The notes under the pieces: model-generated | What the model saw: only the letters and a program-made list of their open reading frames with translations | Told to the model about the DNA's origin: nothing | Databases searched by the model: none | In this document: positions 17,938 to 29,367 of the stretch, one piece after another | Numbering within the stretch: position 1 is the stretch's first letter | How the letters are laid out: each line of letters starts with the position of its first letter | NCBI RefSeq assembly: GCF_008831285.2 | Contig: NC_045138.2 | Span: 11,780,001 to 11,844,000, forward strand | DNA length: 64,000 bases | Direction of reading: 5' to 3' | From: Nymphaea colorata | Taxonomy: Eukaryota | Program-made: the position numbers and the translations under genes

Positions 17938-19190
17938 ATGGTCCACATACCATATCCTAGGGTGAGGAGAAAAGAGAATCCAAAACTCAGGAGGATCAAA
18001 GACCTGCAAGTCGATCCAATGATCATGCTAGCCATTCAAAAGATGATTTTGCAAATTGATAGAGAACAATGAACAAAAATAGTCAGACCTACCAATAAGA
18101 ACTCAGATGGTTCGACCAAGGGCATAGCACTGAGGAACTCTATAGGACAGGTGACAATCCCTACGCAAGTCGAGAATAGAATAAATGAAGAAGACTATTA
18201 GGCACATCCAAAGTAGGGGAAGAAGATCTACTCTAAGGGGGATTTCTAAGAAGGTCTAGATGATGAATACCTTGAAGGGATGCCACAAAAGTTTAGCAAC
18301 TTCAAGGGGACAAAAAATCCCCTACATGCATTCGGGCATCTTTTTTGCAAAATGTGGACATCTGGATAAAGGAGACACGACACATTGGTACATGCAAAGC
18401 ATTGACCCAATGTGCATGAATAATTTTGATGAAATGGCCAATATATTTATCAACAAGTATGAAGCCAATCAGTCAGTATTTCCCAGCATGGATACATTCA
18501 TGAGCCTATGCCAAGAACTAGGAGAACTAGACGAGAATAAATTCAAAAGTGGCCTTCTATTAGTAACAACTTACAAATGCTGATGCTTGAGGAACATGCA
18601 CTTACTATGATGCTCGGGGCATTTCAGGAGAACAACAAATATCATCTCATACAGTGAGAATATGAGAATTTCTATGAATTGACCATAAAGACTAAAAGAA
18701 TAGAGATATTGTGAAGAACAGATATCTCAATATCAAGTTTGGCTCAAGCAGCAATAAATAAGGCCTGAACAAGAAGCCGGCCAAGTCTCATGCTCACATG
18801 CCATTCACGGCCAAAGTCTACTATCAGAACCAGCCACAAACATGCAAGAATGGTAACAATGGGGGAAACAAGCAATTTAAGTCATTTTTGTCTAAAAGTG
18901 ACATCAAGAAGTATCTTGGCTGGACGAGCAACAAGAAGTTCATCTCACTTAAGCAAAAGAGGGAGGAAATTTTGGAATATCTTCTCAGAGGGGTTATACA
19001 TTTTCCTCAAGGTGGCTGATCATGTAGAGATAAAGGGGGGAAATGAGAGACCAATTTTGTAAATTTCATGAGGCTATGAGCCACAGCACTGGACCATGCA
19101 TATCATATAGGATTGCATTGACAAGAAAATATTAGTGAAAGGTGATGTCCCAGAAGTCCTCAAAAGTCCATTCCTTAATTATGGGTAGAA
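17938..19190 (+). mobile_element. Ty3/gypsy (Ogre/Tat-like) gag remnant, copy 1
   Basis: MPQKFSNFKGTKNP, NFDEMANIFINKYE, EEHALTMML, FCKFH..GHST; colinear with the copy at 47919-49212. Confidence 0.65.
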
Positions 19191-19559
19191 TGTCAAAGCT
19201 TCAATTCAGGCTTGCGATTGTTTTATTTTTTGTTCTTTCCCATGCATTGTGGGGACAAGGGGTTCCCTCTATCATGTATTAAGCAATAGAAGTTGATTCT
19301 CCTTCAAATAAGTGTCTCTTTTAGGTCCAAACATCTTTGTATTCTTTCATGAATTTTTTCCTCGGTGGCTAGACTTCTCATGATCCCAACATTATCATTA
19401 TCCGTTACATTGGGGCATCTTTTTCTTTAGATTCAACAAGCACAAGTTTACGAAAGGATTTTCATTCGAAATCTTCCAAACAAGAGAAATCTTGAAGCAA
19501 AACATCAAACAATTTATGAATTCACATATCTTAGACATTTAAGTAGACATTCCAAGAGG

Positions 19560-22500
19560 TTTAGAACATCAAAAGAATCTCTATACAAACACATGCACAT
19601 GGTATGTGAATTTCATGTTTTGGTGCATATAATTTTTAATATTCCGTGTTTCAGTACAAGAATTTTGTGCTATGACCTTTCGAATTTTGTGCCTCAACAC
19701 ATGATTTTGTGCTTGAGCACATACAAGTTTTCAAATTTAGTGATTCAGCAAATAAGTTCTTGCTTCAATGCACACAAGTTTTACAAGTTTGTGTTTTGGT
19801 ACACAATTTTGCATTTCAACATACACAAGTTTTATAAGTTTGTGCTTTCACAATTTGGACTTCGGCCCAACATTTCATGCTTCAACACAAGATTTCATGA
19901 TTTGGCACATATTTTTATTCCTCAACATATGATTTCATGCTTAAGCATACACAAGTTTAGAAGTTCATGCATTTTGGTGTAAACTTTCATGCTGCAACGT
20001 ACCTTTTGTGCTTCAGCACATGATTTCATGATATGTGAACTGAATCCGAAATTTTCCATATGACAGTTCGGCCTGGTGTTGCAAAGTTTTTTATTTTGTC
20101 TAGATGACTGATTTTTGAACTATAATTTCTTTCCAGGTTGGGTTGTTGAATGTTAATGGATATTGCAAGTCCTTGCTTGCATTATTTGATAATGGAGTTG
20201 TTAACAGTTATGTAAAACTAGATGTTCAACATATAGTTGTAAGAATGTTATGAAGATGTATTTTAACATGTACATATTCATAGGAGTTTTCACGGGTTTG
20301 ACAAATCTTAATATCAAAAATTAAAATGGATGACAAAGAAATACCAACCCAAGCACTTGTTCTTGCCATTCATTCACATATTAATCGAAAATCAGCCATC
20401 TATGCACCAACATCATCATAAGCCTAGACAATGCACACATTTAAAAAGCAAAGAAAAGAAAGAAACATATTTCAAGCCAAGAAAGGAAAATAAAATTTTA
20501 TTTCACCTTGTTCATGCTCTTTGTGTACTCAATAGTAGCTCTTGAATAACTTTGAAGGTTGGAGAAGAAGAAAGAGAAGAAGAGAAAGAGAAAATAGAAT
20601 CAGAAAGAGAGCCAAGGGAAAATACTCTAAATCTTCAAGTAAGAAAGCTCTAGAGGTTCTCCAAGGGTTAGCTCACACCTAAGAGATAAGGTTTGGAGAG
20701 TATTTATAAAAAATTTGGAGCCAAAACTCAAGGTTTGTTTTTTTTTAGGTCTTAACCAAAGGGATTGGCGATTATTTTAGGAGCTGTTTGCAGGGCTAAT
20801 GCCCACCAACAAGCCCAAAAAGCCTACACTTGAGCAGGCCCTACCTTGGCCAGAGCTCATGGCAAAGCCATGTACTACTCGGCTAGGGCACGTGGTGGGG
20901 GCACAGTGCCCCACTATTGGCTAAAAAATAGACCAAAAAATGGGGCTTTTGCCTCCCTGGCCTCCCAATGTGTGTCCCGACTTAAAAAACTCTTAAAATG
21001 TATATGTTGAAGGGCAAAATGGCCTCTTTGTAAAACTAGAATGCAGCTTCATTTTGGGTGGTTTTCGGCTAGTTTTGAGTGGTTTCAGGCTCGTTTGGTC
21101 ACAAAAGCATAATAATCGATGCTCAAAGCTCGGATCAAGGGTTAGATGGGTGTTTTAGGTTCAAAACATATTTTTAAAAGTTTCGGTGCACGATTAAGAC
21201 GCAAAACAAAGGGGAAACTTGCACGCGCGTGCGTGGTGCTAAAAAATAGTGTTCAAGATTGTTATTTTGGCCTTGACTTTGGATTTTGAGTTGAAATTCT
21301 TGGTTTGGATCTAATTTGGACCCAAGAGCATCTTTATAGATCCATTTTCCCAATTTGGACTCGATTTTGCTTCTTGGGTTCAATTATGGACTTGGTTTTG
21401 TATTTTGAATCAAGGTGTGACTTTTGGATCTATGATTCATATTTGGATCTAAATCTAGATATAAATCTGGATTTTGGATCTAAACATCGCATTTGGATCC
21501 AAACATGGACCTAGAAGTCCGTTTTGCATCTAAGGTCGATTTTTGAATTTGGTCATGAATCTAAAGGTCAGTTTTGGATCTAAGGTCAAGATTTGAATTT
21601 GACATGAATCTAAAGGTCCGTTTTGGGGTGAGCTTGGGCCCGGGGTCTGAAATATATCCAAATCAACCATAAAAATTTGAAATCACTGAAATATGTTCGA
21701 ATAAATGGAGTACTATCTTTTCGAAAAATTTTGGGCGATAACTGGTATTTAGGTTAAGATGTGGCTTAAACCATACAACTTTTTGTGTTTTTTTCAAGTT
21801 CACATATTAGATTCACTCAAATGTTGTGTCAATGAATATACTGTTAGCTAACAAGCTAGACAACAGTTAGGAGTTTTTTTCCAAGCCGTCCACTCTCATG
21901 CCATGAAACAATGGAACATAACCTTTGACATTAAAATTCCATGGAATCATAAGTAGCTTGTTTTGGAATGTGGATGGAAATCCTCATTCAGCTTAGTCCA
22001 AGATTCAATAGATCACACAATCTTTAATGGCCCCCATGTTAAACCAAAACAATAGTTCTAACCCTAATACTTGACAATTTTAATCCCAATGCCAAATACC
22101 AAAACCATAGTTTCATGGTCCATAACCCCTATTAGTCCAAAATTTCATTTTAAAACTCTTAGACCTTAATTCATAAAACTTTCATTTGTCTAAACCCTAA
22201 ATTTGAAGTTACAAAATTCAAATCATAACTAAAATTTATGTTCTAGTGATCCAATTATAAGCTGAACTCCAAGTTCACAACTTAGGCCCCACTCCTGTCT
22301 ACATCAAATCATTTAAACCCTAGGTTCCATGGCCGACCCCTAAACCCTAGGTTCCAACCATCTTTAACTCCAAGCCTATAAACCAAACCCTGATCATCAA
22401 GCCCTTAGAAGCCTGTATAACGTAGGTTTGACAAATTATTGCATAGGCTTGTGATGATCAAGGGTGAATTCATGAATTTTTTCTCATTCAACAAATACTA

Positions 22501-22566
22501 AATTTTAGGGGCCAATTAGGTTTTCTTTAAATAATTTTTTTTCCCCAAAATTAGGGCATGTCTACT
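19560..22566. mobile_element. Non-coding gypsy/Ogre-like LTR and internal debris with degenerate tandem repeats
   Basis: ~39-bp GTGCTTCAACACACAAGTTT-like repeats (19600-20030), TTTGGATCTAA repeats (21300-21620), terminus-like GGGCATGTCTAC at 22555-22566. Confidence 0.4.
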
Positions 22567-23419
22567 TCATCTCATATTATGTCTAGGATGTCATTTAACC
22601 ACTTACATATTAGAAATGTATAGTTAGTTCTTAGTTTGATTACCCACAGCAAATGCACCAAGAACGGTCAAACTTCATACTGACAGGTCCAGTCTTATCA
22701 TTTTGGCTATCCTGCACAATCAAATTGAAGGCAAAACAATTTTCATTTTAAAGGGTCTATACATGAAATTGACAAAAATTTTGCATGCAAACAGTAATTT
22801 GATTCAATATTTCCAATGGTAAGCACGTGATTACTAGCCCATATATATATTACCCAACTTTTGTGTAAGAAGTATTTGTAAGACTCAAACCTGTAAGGTT
22901 TTACAATTGGAGTATAAGATGAGCTTTTGAATTGCCGTTGGAGGATTTAGCATATAAATGGCACTTGATTGTCTTTAGATGGTTAAGCCATAGTGGACAC
23001 AAGATTGGCTAAGTGTCGACCTTGATTACATAATTTGCGACTTGGAGGGTATCCAAGTAAAGTGATTTTTCCAATTTGCGGGCCAAAAGGAATTTGAGCC
23101 TTTTTCCAATTTGTTTTCATTTTAGGCCTTTTCCCCTCTTTTTTAATGTCAAACTGGGTGTTTGCATTTTCTAATTTTTATTTGTTGTTTATCTACTTAT
23201 TTTTGGATATTGCCTCATTAGTTCCTCATTTATTTTATTTTTCCACAATTTCTATAATTTTTAAAATTTATAAAAATTTTGCCCATATTTTATCGTATCT
23301 TTTCCTTTTTTTCTAGCTCATTATATGATACCCAATAAAAACCTCACGTTTAAAGCACTAAAATACTATTTGTGACTATAGTGCAAACTGCTCTTTGAGA
23401 TATACACATGCTTTATAAG

Positions 23420-23566
23420 TATGGGTGGGTGTCGGAATGGGGGCCCATCGGGCTTTCGTGCTCCCGGCCGGACCTGATAAAATTTTTTAATCACACATAT
23501 GTATATATATATATATCTTAAAAAAGGACCGGGCCAGCGCGGGCCCAAACCCGACGCCCACCCCTA
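23420..23566. mobile_element. hAT-type MITE
   Basis: TIRs TATGGGTGGGTGTCGG / CCGACGCCCACCCCTA, (AT)n core, degenerate 8-bp TSD TTTATAAG/TTTGCAAT. Confidence 0.65.
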
Positions 23567-24399
23567 TTTGCAATCGGTGGAAGAATAAATAATGCTTTCC
23601 ACAAGATCTTTTGAGATCAAACTAATGATCTAAACCTTAACAATATAACTGCATCTCTTCCAGAGTACATGAATAGATGAGGAACAAATTGATTCACAAA
23701 GTCAATCTTGTTCTTAACGCTTAATTAAGCCATGACCATATCACATGGGTCCATGTGGCAAAACAATTTAGTTGTCAGAGTGCCCACAAAGAGGTATGGG
23801 TTGCATGTCTCTGAGGATGTCTTTGTAGTTGTAGAAGTTGAAAAAGTTGGTAATGTTTTGCAGCTCATGCTAAGGAGATGAACAAGAGTCTCACATAAAT
23901 GATCCTCTAAAGAACCACTTCCATTCTGTTTTGATACTTTTGTCTGTCCTATTGGTACATAGAGCCTTCAACCGTAGTCTAGTTAAGAAAAATAATCAAT
24001 CGGTCTTTTCCTTTTCTCCCTTGTTAAGAGACATAATTTGATTGCACTGCTTTCAGATTTGGCTACAAATTCAGACATAGAAGCATGAAATATATCAAAT
24101 TCAGTATGAAAACTTTGTACCAAATTCAAATTGGAATAGGGATTGAACACAGACTTTCTTATTAAAATTCCAATAACATATTTGAGTTCCAATCAAATAT
24201 TAAATAATCCCCAAATCATTTATAAGCTTAGGTACATCTAACCGGCTTGTGCCGAGGGATTGGTTGCAAGTGTTTAAACAGAGCTCGTGTTGGCATCAAA
24301 AGTAATACTTATAACAGCCGTTTTTAACAGACATGATATGGGGCACAAGCAGAAGATTCACCACTTAGATCTTTCTGGTGGCATTCTCCAACTCTACCC

Positions 24400-24780
24400 A
24401 TCCCCAGCCACCTGAAAATGGGTCAGCGACAACAGAAGCTGCTGGTTTTCAAATATTCGGTTGGTCAGTGTTCAACAGCATCAAACTTACCCTCACCTAA
24501 GAGGACAACTCCGGCGCTTCCTGTTCAGACTTCCTCGCTGGAATTAAGGCACTTGTGTAGGTAGCAACATCCCTCATATAGTGGTACTCTTGGCTCCACA
24601 AATGCTTGGAGGGGAGAGTCAGAATGCCAAGGAAATCCTATCTGTTGGCACTTTGTTGACCGTCTCCCTGAGTAGCCCAGCTGCTGTGAAAGCGGCTATG
24701 GCTTCGCTGTCTTCCTTCTTTATCTTCTGGCTTGTTTCTTATTCTTTCCATATTCTTCGTCAAAGCATTTGCTTGTAAAG
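24400..24780 (-). pseudogene. Degraded gene fragment, possibly PPR-derived, with a GT-AG intron-like segment
   Basis: Minus-strand YMRDVATYTSALI...EAPELSS*VR resembles PPR RDVVTYTALI...EALELF; followed by GTAAGT...TTTTCAG; several stops. Confidence 0.3.
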
Positions 24781-25992
24781 TTTTTATTTTTTATTTTGTT
24801 GGAAATAAGAAGGTTGGAGGCCTAACCTTCTGGTTCTGGAGAGTGGTTACGGTAAGTCATGGCCCAGCCAACCCAAGTGTGCGTCCCGACCTTACACAAC
24901 CGGCCACTAATCCATGGTTTTCACATGGTAAGGTATGTCCAGTTCAAAATTTTACTATTTGTTTAAGCTAAACAGGTTTAAATCAGCCTTAAGGTTAGTG
25001 GACGGCTTAAACGAAAGGGACGCCAAGATCTTTACAAGTGATCACGACAGGTCGAGCGATGTGAGAAGGCCATGGACCCCAACAAAAAAGGTTCAAAGTC
25101 GAAAAAACAAAACGGAAAGGAAAGATTTAGAAAAAGATTGGACCCCATGAGAACCGCCCAAACCATGCTTTTTAACCACGCATGATTCAGCACCACCGCA
25201 CCAGATTCGTCATCCATTAAGCCAAAGAAAGATAACCACGTCAGGATGGATAAACAAGTGAATGCGATCATGACAAGTAAAGTAAACAAACAAGTGCAAG
25301 CGCCTGGTGAAAGGAGAAATAAAAGAAATACAGATGATGAAATAATAATAATAATAAACTTTGGACAATCCAATATTACATCAATTTCTGACCAAAGAGA
25401 GCATTTGACAGACAACTGCTCATCATCGCGAACATCACCATCCTGAGAGGGACGCGTATGCACACTTTTTTGGTTTTACCACAAGTAGCCTTTGACCTAC
25501 ACAGCAAGGGCACCTTCTCTTCAATGTGAATCCGATCGAACCAACAAAAGGAAGGAGGCCATAAAAGGAGAAAGAAAACAAAGAGAGACTTCCTGCTACC
25601 ACCTCGAGCCGCGGAGTTTAGCTTGATTAATAAAAATTGAAGAGGAGAGAGGGAGAGACCGTTTCACCAAAAGACGACGAAAAGAATACAATCCCTTAGA
25701 AAAGGAGGAACCTAACACTGATTACTTTCTCCAAACTGTTTTCTATCTTTTCTTTTGCTTGTTGTGATGAATCTGGGTTTGTTGATAGCTCCCAACAATC
25801 CCATTGCTTCATCCTTTTTCCTTTTCTTTTTTCCCTACAGAATCAGATAAAATACTACTAATATAATAAAGTAATAATTAAAATCAAATAATAATTAATT
25901 GCTCCAACTAAACCCATTTTTCTGCACCGTCCGGCCGAACTTTTTGCCTTTCTCTCCTGGACGCACAAAAAAGAAAGAACCCAAAGTAGCCA

Positions 25993-28341
25993 TCACGCCA
26001 CCAGCTGATCAAGCTGCATCTGTTCCAACCAAGCACCCAACTGGGAATGGTCCATAACACCACCATCTACTTGACCGGAATTTTCGTCTCCGGCGGGAAC
26101 CGGTCCCTGTTCGTTGACCTCTGGGGACTCCTTGACCAGGGAATGGACCCAGGAGACGTCCGGCTCCTCGGAGCCGGAACCGACCTCCAATGACGAGGGT
26201 CGGCGGATGGGGCCTGCCCCCAGCTCCTCCCCTTGCAAACCCCAATCTGCTTTCCCAGTGGGGGATCCCCATTTCGACCACGAAGAGGATGCCGTTGCTG
26301 CGACCGGAGAACCGAGCACGGCAGCTGCCACGGCACCGCCATGATCCCGACAGCTGTGGGACCGCAGCAGATGCTGCTGCTGCTGCTGCTGCTGCTTCTC
26401 TCTCTGGGCGAAAGCGGCCATGCGGAGTCCGAGCGGCGAGGGGGGCGCCACAATTGAGGCGTCGACGCTACGCGGCGACGAGATGCGACTTGACGACAGA
26501 GCGAAGGAGGATTGCATGAGGGAATGGCCGTTAAGCTGCGGTTCCACGGTTTTCTGCGAGAAGACGTTGCCCGTGCTGATCGGAGACAGCATTTGGTTCT
26601 GCTGTTGCTGCTGCTGGATCTGGGAGAATACTGAGGCAGCAGCCTTCTGGGACGTTTGCATCTGGGGGCTCAGCGGCGAGAAGTCCGCCGAGAAGCGAGG
26701 GGAGGACATCTCCGAGGCGAAGAGGTCCTCCAGATTGGAAGGGGTAAGAGTCTTGCACCTCAGGGAGCGGGCGGGAAAGGATGAGCCGTTCGCGGCTGCC
26801 ACGGCCGAGCCCAACCGTGATTGGCTGGAGATGCAGAAGTCATTTAGGAACTGCTGGCTGGCCTCCATCTCCTGCAGCATCGAGATGTCATCGACGGGGA
26901 TGTCCCGAGCGCTGAGAGAGGACCTCAGCCGGCTCGACTGCAGGTTACTGCCGGGAAGATGCAGGGTCGGGACGTTGGGCTGAGGCCAACCCATGGATGA
27001 GTGGCCAACCCCGCCGGATGGGGACATCGGAGGCGTGAGGATGGCCGCTTGAGAAAAGGGAGAAATGATGGACATACTTGAAGAGGGAGACCCAGGGGGT
27101 CCAAGGCTCATGTTTGCCATGGCAGCGGCCATGTCCAGATTGGAAGCAGACGACCTCGGTGAGGGCACCGCGGAGCCGGTGGACACATATAGAGGCCGGA
27201 GTTCCTCCGATGTGTGGGCGAAAAAACAGACCCTGCGCATACAGTTAGTGCCGTCTTTGCAGAGGCGCGTGCGATACTGTGCCGGATGGAGCCAGCACTC
27301 GAACACGCCATGAGCATACTCACAGAGGTCACCTCTCCGGCAGGCGCCCTTCCGGAAGTCTGGGCACGGCACGCAACTGTAGTGAAACTTCCGGGGATCC
27401 CTCCTGCGAGCATTCTCGCCCGGGTGAACAAAAGGGCATTCGGTCCAGTCGTGAGAGTACGCCCTCGAGCAGGGGCGGACCTTGAAGGAGAACATTCTGA
27501 ACTCATCAGTAGTGTATATGCTGTTTTTAATGTCCGGCAACGATGGATCCACAGGATACTCTTTCTTCTCCGAGAATTCACCTGAAAGCGCCTTACTGCA
27601 AGGGTCCACCAACTTAACTGGAGACACCGGGGATGAGGTAGAAACAGAGGCCGACGAGGACCCATCAGGAGAAGACGACAATGGAGGAGAACTAGAGGAC
27701 GAGATACAGAGTTCGGCGGAACTAGCCTTTGTTTCCTTCAGGACACAACTTCGACAGGGTGCAGACGATCCATATGAGAGGAGATCTTCTAGACCAGTTC
27801 TTACATGGGGAAGCTTGGGAGAAACCATGATCACATCGAAAGGATGCCTGCCGAGCGCATCGACAATATTTGGATCAGCCCCTGCCTTCAGCAGGAGATT
27901 GACAGCTTCGACAGCGTCGATGGAGCCACCGGAGGCGGCACAGTGCAGGGCGGTAGTCTTGTCCGGGCCACATGCACGGTTGACGTCGCCGGGGAGAGAA
28001 AGAATGAAGGCAAGGATATCGATGCTGCCGTAGATAGATGCCACCATGAGCGGCGTGCGCTGCTCAAGCACCATCTGGTTCGTTCCCTTCTGGCGACCAT
28101 ACCACAGGCCGACGTCATCGATCTTGGACGGATCATTCTCGACGGCGAACTTGAAGGCGTCGATGTCGTTGTTAGCCGCGTGCTCGAGCAGGGTAGAGAA
28201 CGAATCTTCAGCGGTTTCTATAGACAGATGATTCATCCTTTCCTTTCTTTCAGCAGAGGAAGGCGAGGACGATGATGAAGAGCACGATGAAGACGAAGAA
28301 GCAGCTGTAGATGGTTTCAGATGCTCAGGACCACCGCACAT
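25993..28341 (-). CDS. OXS2: Ankyrin-repeat, arginine-rich tandem CCCH zinc-finger protein (OXS2/TZF7-like), 782 aa, intronless CDS
   Basis: ANK motifs RTPLMVASIYG and TTALHCAASGG; RR/CHCH motif DEFRMFSFKVRPCSRAYSHDWTECPFVHPGENARRRDPRK; fingers CPDFRKGACRRGDLCEYAH (C-x7-C-x5-C-x3-H) and CKDGTNCMRRVCFFAH (C-x5-C-x4-C-x3-H); C-terminal PDVSWVHSLVK. Start placed at MCGG (28341) because the ATG at 28368 lies just inside a predicted intron (..TTTCAG acceptor) and recalled family members begin Met-Cys. The symbol indicates likely clade, not proven orthology. Confidence 0.93.
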   Translation of the reverse strand: MCGGPEHLKPSTAASSSSSCSSSSSSPSSAERKERMNHLSIETAEDSFSTLLEHAANNDIDAFKFAVENDPSKIDDVGLWYGRQKGTNQMVLEQRTPLMVASIYGSIDILAFILSLPGDVNRACGPDKTTALHCAASGGSIDAVEAVNLLLKAGADPNIVDALGRHPFDVIMVSPKLPHVRTGLEDLLSYGSSAPCRSCVLKETKASSAELCISSSSSPPLSSSPDGSSSASVSTSSPVSPVKLVDPCSKALSGEFSEKKEYPVDPSLPDIKNSIYTTDEFRMFSFKVRPCSRAYSHDWTECPFVHPGENARRRDPRKFHYSCVPCPDFRKGACRRGDLCEYAHGVFECWLHPAQYRTRLCKDGTNCMRRVCFFAHTSEELRPLYVSTGSAVPSPRSSASNLDMAAAMANMSLGPPGSPSSSMSIISPFSQAAILTPPMSPSGGVGHSSMGWPQPNVPTLHLPGSNLQSSRLRSSLSARDIPVDDISMLQEMEASQQFLNDFCISSQSRLGSAVAAANGSSFPARSLRCKTLTPSNLEDLFASEMSSPRFSADFSPLSPQMQTSQKAAASVFSQIQQQQQQNQMLSPISTGNVFSQKTVEPQLNGHSLMQSSFALSSSRISSPRSVDASIVAPPSPLGLRMAAFAQREKQQQQQQQHLLRSHSCRDHGGAVAAAVLGSPVAATASSSWSKWGSPTGKADWGLQGEELGAGPIRRPSSLEVGSGSEEPDVSWVHSLVKESPEVNEQGPVPAGDENSGQVDGGVMDHSQLGAWLEQMQLDQLVA

Positions 28342-29367
28342 GCTTGCCGCAAAATCACCCTGAAACATTCCGGCGTGGAGATCACGGGTTATTGCTCAGA
28401 AAAGCAAATGAAAATCTAGGGTTAAAGAAGAAAAGAAAGGAAATCACTTCGCCCGAACGAAAAGGGGGCGGAGTCAAAAGGGGAAAAAACTGGAAGCTTT
28501 ACACGTGAAACCCAAAAGCAACCAGCCAGTCCCTTCCCCTCTTTCAGCGAATATCTCGACGTATCTAATACCGATCTAGAGACTCCGATCTTGACGCCGG
28601 AAAAATTGTTGTCCGAACAAAAAGAAGAAAAGTTACGCAGAGATGATACTAGACAAAAAAAATATAAGGTATGAACTCCGAAAAAAGTATCTCGGATTCG
28701 AGATTCAGAGAAGGATCTACAGCAGGAAGATGAAATAACCAATATTAGACGAATTAAAATTCATTAGAGCGGAAGAAATCAACACAAAGATGATAAAAGA
28801 AAAAGCACCAACCTCAGAGGACAGCCCACGGATCAGGAGCAAAAAAGGGTCAGGAAGATAAAATAAACGAAGAAATCCTAGCAAGAAACAAGGATATATA
28901 TTCCGGCAAACGAAACCTGTGAAGCCAATAGAAATGGGCGAGAATCGTCGGTAGATACAGAACAGCAACGGGTGCTTAAAACCCGCCGTCTGAGGAAAAG
29001 AACCCACAGCCACGGGCACGCGAAGAGAAATTACAAAGCGACATCAGAAACAAGGAAGCGGCCGGAGTTTCCGGACAGAAAGGGGTCAAAACCTCAGGAA
29101 AACGGCAGTATATGAGACGCCAGGTCTCTACAACCCACAGACTCGCAAGTGAAGAGAACCCCTGGCCATCTCTTACCAGCAAATAGAATCCCGCCGGATG
29201 ACTCGGAATTGACCTTCTGAACGGCGACAATCCGCGTTCCGAGCAAACAGAAGCAGATAAATGCCTCACCGGTGCGAGCAAGACGACGACCGAAACCACG
29301 CCGTCTCCAGAGATCCGAGATCGGAACCGGACTGCGTCGACCGAAGTAGCGCCCCCGCGACCGCCAT
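28317..29367 (-). CDS. Predicted spliced upstream overlapping ORF (46 aa: MAVAGALLRSTQSGSDLGSLETAWFRSSSCSHRVILRQACAVVLSI)
   Basis: Only ATG in the predicted first exon (TCCATGG, 29367). 98 nt in exon 1 plus 43 nt in exon 2; TGA at 28319-28317, out of frame with the main ATG. Depends on the predicted intron. Confidence 0.45.
28360..29269 (-). other. Predicted 5'-UTR intron of the CCCH zinc-finger gene
   Basis: Donor CCG|GTGAGG at 29269; pyrimidine-rich interior on the minus strand; acceptor TGTTTCAG| at 28360, 18 nt upstream of the MCGG ATG. GC-rich upstream exon with a CT-rich stretch near 29430-29450. Confidence 0.65.

Noticed and set aside
26009..28275. Many 60-187 aa overlapping and antisense ORFs across the zinc-finger gene
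   Set aside because: Shadow ORFs expected from a GC-rich CDS; no recognisable motifs
28342..28368. ORF-track start MFQGDFAAS for the zinc-finger protein
   Set aside because: The ATG sits within a predicted intron acceptor region (ATGTTTCAG|); usable only if the intron is retained
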